Shown in pieces: positions 59,121 through 64,000 of a DNA stretch of 64,000 nt (within the stretch, counting starts at the first letter, position 1; each line of letters begins with the position of its first letter). The stretch lies in IMG/VR virus record IMGVR_UViG_3300028569_000022, positions 27,441-91,440 of that record; one strand, 5' to 3'. Made by a program: the position numbers and the translations under genes. Under the pieces are notes generated by a model, which had not been told where the DNA came from, searched no databases, and saw nothing but the letters and a program-made list of their open reading frames with translations. The stretch comes from a virus.

Positions 59121-59909
59121 TTACTTAGGTTTATTGGCCTGATAATTTTCGATCTGTTCGATAATAAATTTTAATATTTCCGATCTCATGATATCCTCTT
59201 TACCAAACTCAACACAATAAATTCCTTGATTACAAGATTCTTCTGTATTAAAAATGTCAAACATCGGCTTGAACCCTGAATGTTCTCTGTGTTTAAGATC
59301 TGTTTGCATTGGATCTCCTAAAATAAAATATTTCGTAAATTTACCAATTCTTGTCAGTGATGTTAAAAGTTCTTGAAAATTTGCATTCTGAGCTTCATCT
59401 ACAATTACTGCTTTTGCATTATATGATGCGCCTCTCAAGTAATTTACAGGCATTCCTTTAACTCTCTCGTCAGCAAAAAGACGTTTAATGTCACTCGAAC
59501 ATAATAGTTCTTCTAACTTGTCGTTTAACACTGCAGTAAAAAACTGTAATTTTTCGTTTGCATCTCCTGGAAGAGTTCCCATCGAATTGGATGCACTTTC
59601 CACAATAGTTCTCACGTAAATGATATCACTAACACGCCGTGTATTCAATAAAAACAAGGAGCAATACACAGCAAGAATGGATTTACTAGTCCCAGCGGGA
59701 CCACTTAAAAATATTACTTTGGTATCTTTATGGGTTGCTAATTCTATAAATGCTTTTTGTTTTTCTGACCAATCCAATCCTCTTAAATTCAGGGTAAAAT
59801 CTATTTTTTCTCTCTGAAAAACTCTCGGTGAAGTATCTGTTATTACTTCATTTGATTGTTGTGTTGTGCTTTTACTTTTTGTTTGGCTTTTCTTTGGTTT
59901 GGTTTTCAT
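59121..59909 (-). CDS. phoH: PhoH-family ATPase
   Basis: GPAGTSKS, G.LPG...EK, YLRGAS, DEAQN, LTRIG, GD..Q.D, DIMRS. Confidence 0.93.
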   Translation of the reverse strand: MKTKPKKSQTKSKSTTQQSNEVITDTSPRVFQREKIDFTLNLRGLDWSEKQKAFIELATHKDTKVIFLSGPAGTSKSILAVYCSLFLLNTRRVSDIIYVRTIVESASNSMGTLPGDANEKLQFFTAVLNDKLEELLCSSDIKRLFADERVKGMPVNYLRGASYNAKAVIVDEAQNANFQELLTSLTRIGKFTKYFILGDPMQTDLKHREHSGFKPMFDIFNTEESCNQGIYCVEFGKEDIMRSEILKFIIEQIENYQANKPK

Positions 59910-60019
59910 GTTGTTGAAAAGAACGATTTAACTCATCGTTAAATTTATAAATCTACTTAAGGCGGATGTAAAATTAAATTAGGTTTAACAAAAAAGTTGA
60001 AACCAGATAAGTAAATGAA

Positions 60020-60274
60020 ATGAGATCACCATTTAATATTACCAATCTTGGATTAGAGGAAGAAGCTCGTATAAAGTTTTCTTATACTTCTCCGACGTTG
60101 CATCAAAACATCGAAATTTCTATTGATGGTGATGAGACTTCAGTAGAAGATTTACTTGATTCGTTTCATCGCTTCTTAAATGCTCTTGGTGTATCTACTC
60201 CTGAAAATGTGGTATTAGTATTTATGGAATTGAATGATGGAGAGAACGGGGACGGAGAAGAAGAGTCAAAATAA
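60020..60274 (+). CDS. Small hypothetical protein
   Basis: DLLDSFHRFLNALG. TAAGTA 6 nt upstream. Confidence 0.55.
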   Translation: MRSPFNITNLGLEEEARIKFSYTSPTLHQNIEISIDGDETSVEDLLDSFHRFLNALGVSTPENVVLVFMELNDGENGDGEEESK

Positions 60275-60334
60275 CGAAGCAGAATTTTTTTGAGATTATG
60301 ACTTTTAAAAAATATAGGTTAAATAAATAACATT

Positions 60335-61264
60335 ATGACAAATAAATTCGATACATTACTAGACAATCTGTTATCAGAGATGGCTGCTACTACAAATTAT
60401 GATCCATCTTCAATGGGAGACAAAATTGCACAAAAAGTTTCAGATCTCCCAGGAAGTTCTCAACATTGGAAATATTTACAGCAATTAAGCGCAGATGTGA
60501 GAAAAGACATTGTTAAAAAAATTATTCAAAACGTTTTTACTGATAATGAAGATAATACGTATTCATTGAGCATTGATAACGTAGGAGATCTTAAAACTGC
60601 CATCGTTGCTGCAATTAAGCGTGTATCTGAAACTAATCCAGAATTTAAGGCAACAAGCGGTACTATTATTAAATTTTTAGCTGATAGACTTGCAAACAAA
60701 GACCTTTTAGGCAACGTTAAATATACCACAGCAAGAGGAGAAGACATTGTATTGGATAAAGATGTAACTCAACAAGACGTTAAGAATGCATTAAAACGCG
60801 CATTATCTCCTGACTCTCTTGAAGATGGTGACTCTATTGAGGATAGCGATCCAACCGAATCCAATCAAGAGGAGCCAAGTGAGGTTTCTGCCTCCAAACA
60901 ATCTTATGATCCTTCAAGAGATTATTATTTAAAAAAATACGAAGAGATTAAATCAGGAACACTAAAAGGTGACTTGCAGGTTGCTTATGATAGAATCGAA
61001 CCATTCTCAGGAGAAGTTCATTCAGGCAGTGAATTTGCCAAACTTTTAAAAAATAGTAATTTGCCAATTAGTTTTCTCAGACAATTGTTTGAGTTAGATG
61101 TATTAGAACTTGCTGATGGTGATGATTTACCAGATGTTGGAGACACAAAGGGCTTCGATGAAACTGAGAGAGATTATATGGAACGTATTACAAAAGGAGC
61201 TAGAGAAGATTATGACCGATCTTCTCCTGCTGGGCGCTTTGGTGGAGAAGACGTCTTTGGTTAA
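60335..61264 (+). CDS. Hypothetical late protein, possibly internal head protein
   Basis: TAAATA 5 nt upstream. N-terminus KFDTLLDNLLSE. Confidence 0.6.
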   Translation: MTNKFDTLLDNLLSEMAATTNYDPSSMGDKIAQKVSDLPGSSQHWKYLQQLSADVRKDIVKKIIQNVFTDNEDNTYSLSIDNVGDLKTAIVAAIKRVSETNPEFKATSGTIIKFLADRLANKDLLGNVKYTTARGEDIVLDKDVTQQDVKNALKRALSPDSLEDGDSIEDSDPTESNQEEPSEVSASKQSYDPSRDYYLKKYEEIKSGTLKGDLQVAYDRIEPFSGEVHSGSEFAKLLKNSNLPISFLRQLFELDVLELADGDDLPDVGDTKGFDETERDYMERITKGAREDYDRSSPAGRFGGEDVFG

Positions 61265-61342
61265 TTCCGCATAAAGCTAAAATACAAGAAACATATATTA
61301 GTTTGTTTCTCTTTGCTGAGCGTTTGTAATAAGTAGTGTTCA

Positions 61343-62497
61343 ATGAATATATACACTTACGATTTTGAAGTACAAACGATGGTTACTATGTTCGTCAATG
61401 CGATGAGCGATATCGTAATTAAACGTTTTAATGTAAATAAACAATCAAGAGATCAAATAAAAACAAGAATTGTATATGCTCCAAAACAAAGAGTGCTGAA
61501 CGATTTACTAAACCGAGATCAAAATTTAATTTTGCCTGTAATTGCTTGCAATATTGCTGGAATGACGAGAGACAACACCAGAGTTTATAATAAAATATTA
61601 GGAACATTCCAGCAAACAAACCGTGGAACAACGACTCACGAAGAAACTCCTCTTCCAATTGACCTTGCTATTAATATTTCAATCATGACTCGGTATCAAG
61701 CCGATATGGACCAAATATTAACTCATTTAATTCCATATATCAATCCATATTTTGTGGTGTCTTGGAGAACTCCAGCAAGACCTGATTTTGAGATTCGCTC
61801 AAAAGTTGAGTGGAACGGAAATACTAATATTACATATCCAACAGATTTAAATGCAACACAAGTAGCAAGAGTTGTTGCTGACTTATCGTTTGTATTTAAA
61901 GGTTGGATTTTTAAAGCAAAATCAGACGAAGATGTAGGCACTATATACACAATTCACACAACGTACAACGAAAGTATACCAGGTATTCCGGCTGAATTCC
62001 TACTTCCTGATGAAATTAGAACTTCTACGGAACAGATGGATTATCGATTTATAAATGGAGCAAAACCTCAACCAACAATGGTTGAACCGTATATAACCAA
62101 AGTTGCTAAGTCAGAAAAATTTCGAGTAGTTGGGTCTGGATTTACTGTACTAACAAATGTATATTTGTCTGGAATCCCATTTGCTGTTGATTCTACTGAA
62201 TGGAATCCTTTATCTGGTATTCCGAGTCTGTCTGCAGATTATCCTCCGTTTACCGCAATAAAGTTATTAACTTCAGATTGGTGGTATGACAAAGACCACA
62301 TGGTCACGTTTATTATGCCATCAGCATCTACTGCAGGAATGTTTGATGTTGTTATAGAGGGTCCTGTTGGATATGGATCTTTGACAGCTAACGTAAGAAA
62401 CAACACATTTAACCCACATGTTGTCGGAACTCCTCAATATGATTCGTATGTTCCGTACAACCCTCCTTATTTATCCGGGATTGAAATTATCCCTTAA
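61343..62497 (+). CDS. gp15: Tail terminator / sheath stabiliser, T4 gp15-like, with C-terminal Ig-like extension
   Basis: F...SDI.I.R, IVYAPKQR, LPVIA...RD..R, P.PI.L...ISI.TRYQ.DMDQI...IPY.NPY, F.FKGWIF. Confidence 0.85.
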   Translation: MNIYTYDFEVQTMVTMFVNAMSDIVIKRFNVNKQSRDQIKTRIVYAPKQRVLNDLLNRDQNLILPVIACNIAGMTRDNTRVYNKILGTFQQTNRGTTTHEETPLPIDLAINISIMTRYQADMDQILTHLIPYINPYFVVSWRTPARPDFEIRSKVEWNGNTNITYPTDLNATQVARVVADLSFVFKGWIFKAKSDEDVGTIYTIHTTYNESIPGIPAEFLLPDEIRTSTEQMDYRFINGAKPQPTMVEPYITKVAKSEKFRVVGSGFTVLTNVYLSGIPFAVDSTEWNPLSGIPSLSADYPPFTAIKLLTSDWWYDKDHMVTFIMPSASTAGMFDVVIEGPVGYGSLTANVRNNTFNPHVVGTPQYDSYVPYNPPYLSGIEIIP

Positions 62498-62512
62498 TTT
62501 ATATAAAAACAT

Positions 62513-62911
62513 ATGTCTGACGCACTCAATACTTCCGTTCAAGAACTAAGCTCCGAAGAAGCTGACCGAACAGTTTTAACCTTTGTTACTGATGAATCAG
62601 TTCTTCCAACTTTAACGTATTTTGCATATGGCATGGTTGGAAGTTCATTTGATGAAGCTGGAGAAATTTCTGCTGATATTATAAACCAAACCGATCTGCT
62701 TATGTATAACAGGCTTCTTTCTCGTAATTCTAAGCCTAAAACAATGAAAATCTATATAAACCGATCAATTAGAGCTGTTGTGACGTTTGGATCTGTGCGA
62801 ACTGGAACAACTTTCGGTTATAAGCCTGATGAGTTAGTTAATACTGACAAGTTTCTTGTTGGGGCGTTTACATCCGGTTCGATAAATTTTACTTTATCAG
62901 TTACTTCGTGA
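62513..62911 (+). CDS. Stand-alone 'FGY' module protein
   Basis: KTMKIYINRSIRAVVTFGSVRTGTTFGYKP...GAFTSG, similar to segments of 7711 and 48753. Confidence 0.6.
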   Translation: MSDALNTSVQELSSEEADRTVLTFVTDESVLPTLTYFAYGMVGSSFDEAGEISADIINQTDLLMYNRLLSRNSKPKTMKIYINRSIRAVVTFGSVRTGTTFGYKPDELVNTDKFLVGAFTSGSINFTLSVTS

Positions 62912-62960
62912 AATAATTTCTATATCACAAAATATATTAACTGATTTAATAAATACTAAT

Positions 62961-63383
62961 ATGTCAGATAGAAAAATTTCTCAATTACGAAGTGTCGCTA
63001 ATATTGAGTACAATGATGTAATTCCAATTGTACAGAACGGAACTACATATAAAGTTTCTATTGATCAACTAGTAGCCTTAGGCAGCAAAAAGATACTGAT
63101 GCAAGAGAGTTTTAATGCTATTAGTAGAATGTCGTATTTGGTTAGTACTGCAGTTGTAGATATAACTGCAACTCTTCCGGCTGAACCGTTGGTAGGCGAT
63201 TATATTACGTTTGCTGATCCGTTTGTTACATGGAATTCTAGCCCCTTTACCATAAATAATAATAATAAAATGATACATGGACTTTCAGAACCTTTGATAT
63301 GTAACGTTAAAGGATTAACGTTTACATTAACATATGTTGGTGAATCTGTTGGTGGAACCAACATGGGATGGAGGGTAGATTAA
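62961..63383 (+). CDS. Structural adaptor (KISQL N-terminus, gp9/gp10-like beta domain)
   Basis: KISQL...PIVQNG.T.KV; TLPA.P.VGD.I.F.D...GW. Confidence 0.6.
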   Translation: MSDRKISQLRSVANIEYNDVIPIVQNGTTYKVSIDQLVALGSKKILMQESFNAISRMSYLVSTAVVDITATLPAEPLVGDYITFADPFVTWNSSPFTINNNNKMIHGLSEPLICNVKGLTFTLTYVGESVGGTNMGWRVD

Positions 63384-64000
63384 TGTTATTATCAAATCTA
63401 TTTCATCCGCTTTCTGTTACAATACACAACAATATACCTGAAGCTTGTTGTGATGGACAAACGTCTCCTGAATTGTTGACGGATATTTTAGTTCGAAACC
63501 CTCTTGGAATTTATCATTATGGAGAAGTTATTCCTCCTGGAACAAAATTAGAAACAATTTTAAGAAACATATTGAGCGAAGAATGTAGAGGATGTTGTGA
63601 AGAGCCAACACCTACTCCAACGATTACTCCAACTGTTACAATTACTCCTACTCCAACGATTACGATTACTCCTACTCCAACGATTACAATTACTCCTACA
63701 CCGACGATTACTCCAACGGTTACAATTACTCCTACTCCAACGATTACTCCAACGGTTACAATTACTCCTACACCGACTAAGACTGTAACTCCTACACCGA
63801 CGATTACTCCAACGGTTACAATTACTCCTACTCCAACGATTACTCCAACGATTACTCCTACTCCGACTAAGACTCCAGCTGGTTCAGTAACTCCTACACC
63901 GACGATTACTCCAACGGTTACAATTACACCTACACCGACTAAGACTGTAACTCCTACACCGACGATTACTCCAGCGGTTACAATTACACCTACACCGAGT
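63383..64000 (+). CDS. Mucin-like Pro/Thr-repeat protein, 3'-truncated, not in the ORF track
   Basis: ATG overlaps the upstream [12 protein letters not shown]...CRGCCEE is followed by over 130 aa of [12 protein letters not shown] repeats to the window end. Confidence 0.8.
   Translation, partial: MLLSNLFHPLSVTIHNNIPEACCDGQTSPELLTDILVRNPLGIYHYGEVIPPGTKLETILRNILSEECRGCCEEPTPTPTITPTVTITPTPTITITPTPTITITPTPTITPTVTITPTPTITPTVTITPTPTKTVTPTPTITPTVTITPTPTITPTITPTPTKTPAGSVTPTPTITPTVTITPTPTKTVTPTPTITPAVTITPTPS
63605..64000 (+). repeat. Coding tandem repeat (ACTCCAACGATT / ACTCCTACACCG units)
   Basis: Directly visible 6/12-nt periodic repeats. Confidence 0.9.

Noticed and set aside
1-64000. Genome-wide stop-codon reassignment (TGA or TAG)
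   Set aside because: Conserved genes are intact in code 11. TGA ends gp4 at its normal C-terminus and occurs in several ATGA overlaps (17442, 43463, 43693). Only the 56274 case looks odd.
1-64000. Diversity-generating retroelement, suggested by the Mtd_N-like domains
   Set aside because: No reverse transcriptase or adenine-variable TR/VR pair was seen in this window.

Overview
This 64 kb, AT-rich window comes from a large lytic T4-like (myovirus/jumbo-type) phage read in standard code 11. Recognisable T4-core morphogenesis genes are scattered rather than in T4 order: gp14 neck (24.8 kb), portal gp20 with gp13 and gp4 (44-48 kb), a gp5-like baseplate hub (53.8 kb) and gp15 (61.3 kb). Between them lie many fibre/baseplate-like genes (LamG, PKD, NHL, tail collar, S74 chaperone, Mtd_N-like). 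The window also carries nrdB, hsp20 and phoH. nrdA is fractured at its catalytic cysteine by a naturally split intein, with a free-standing, hairpin-regulated HNH endonuclease between the halves. The most striking candidate system is protein glycosylation. A cluster at 33.9-41.6 kb encodes two GT60-like polypeptide GlcNAc-transferases, PLOD-like, HtrL-like and other GT domains, and three methyltransferase domains. A fucosyltransferase-like gene lies elsewhere. These co-occur with at least four probable virion proteins bearing mucin-like (PTVT/PTIT)n tracts, which suggests a phage-encoded mucin-type O-glycan coat. Many structural genes have TAA(A/G)TA only 5-7 nt before the ATG and no Shine-Dalgarno, implying near-leaderless late mRNAs. 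I recognised no tRNA, CRISPR array, integrase or reverse transcriptase. All family calls come from motif recognition by eye; no database search was run.
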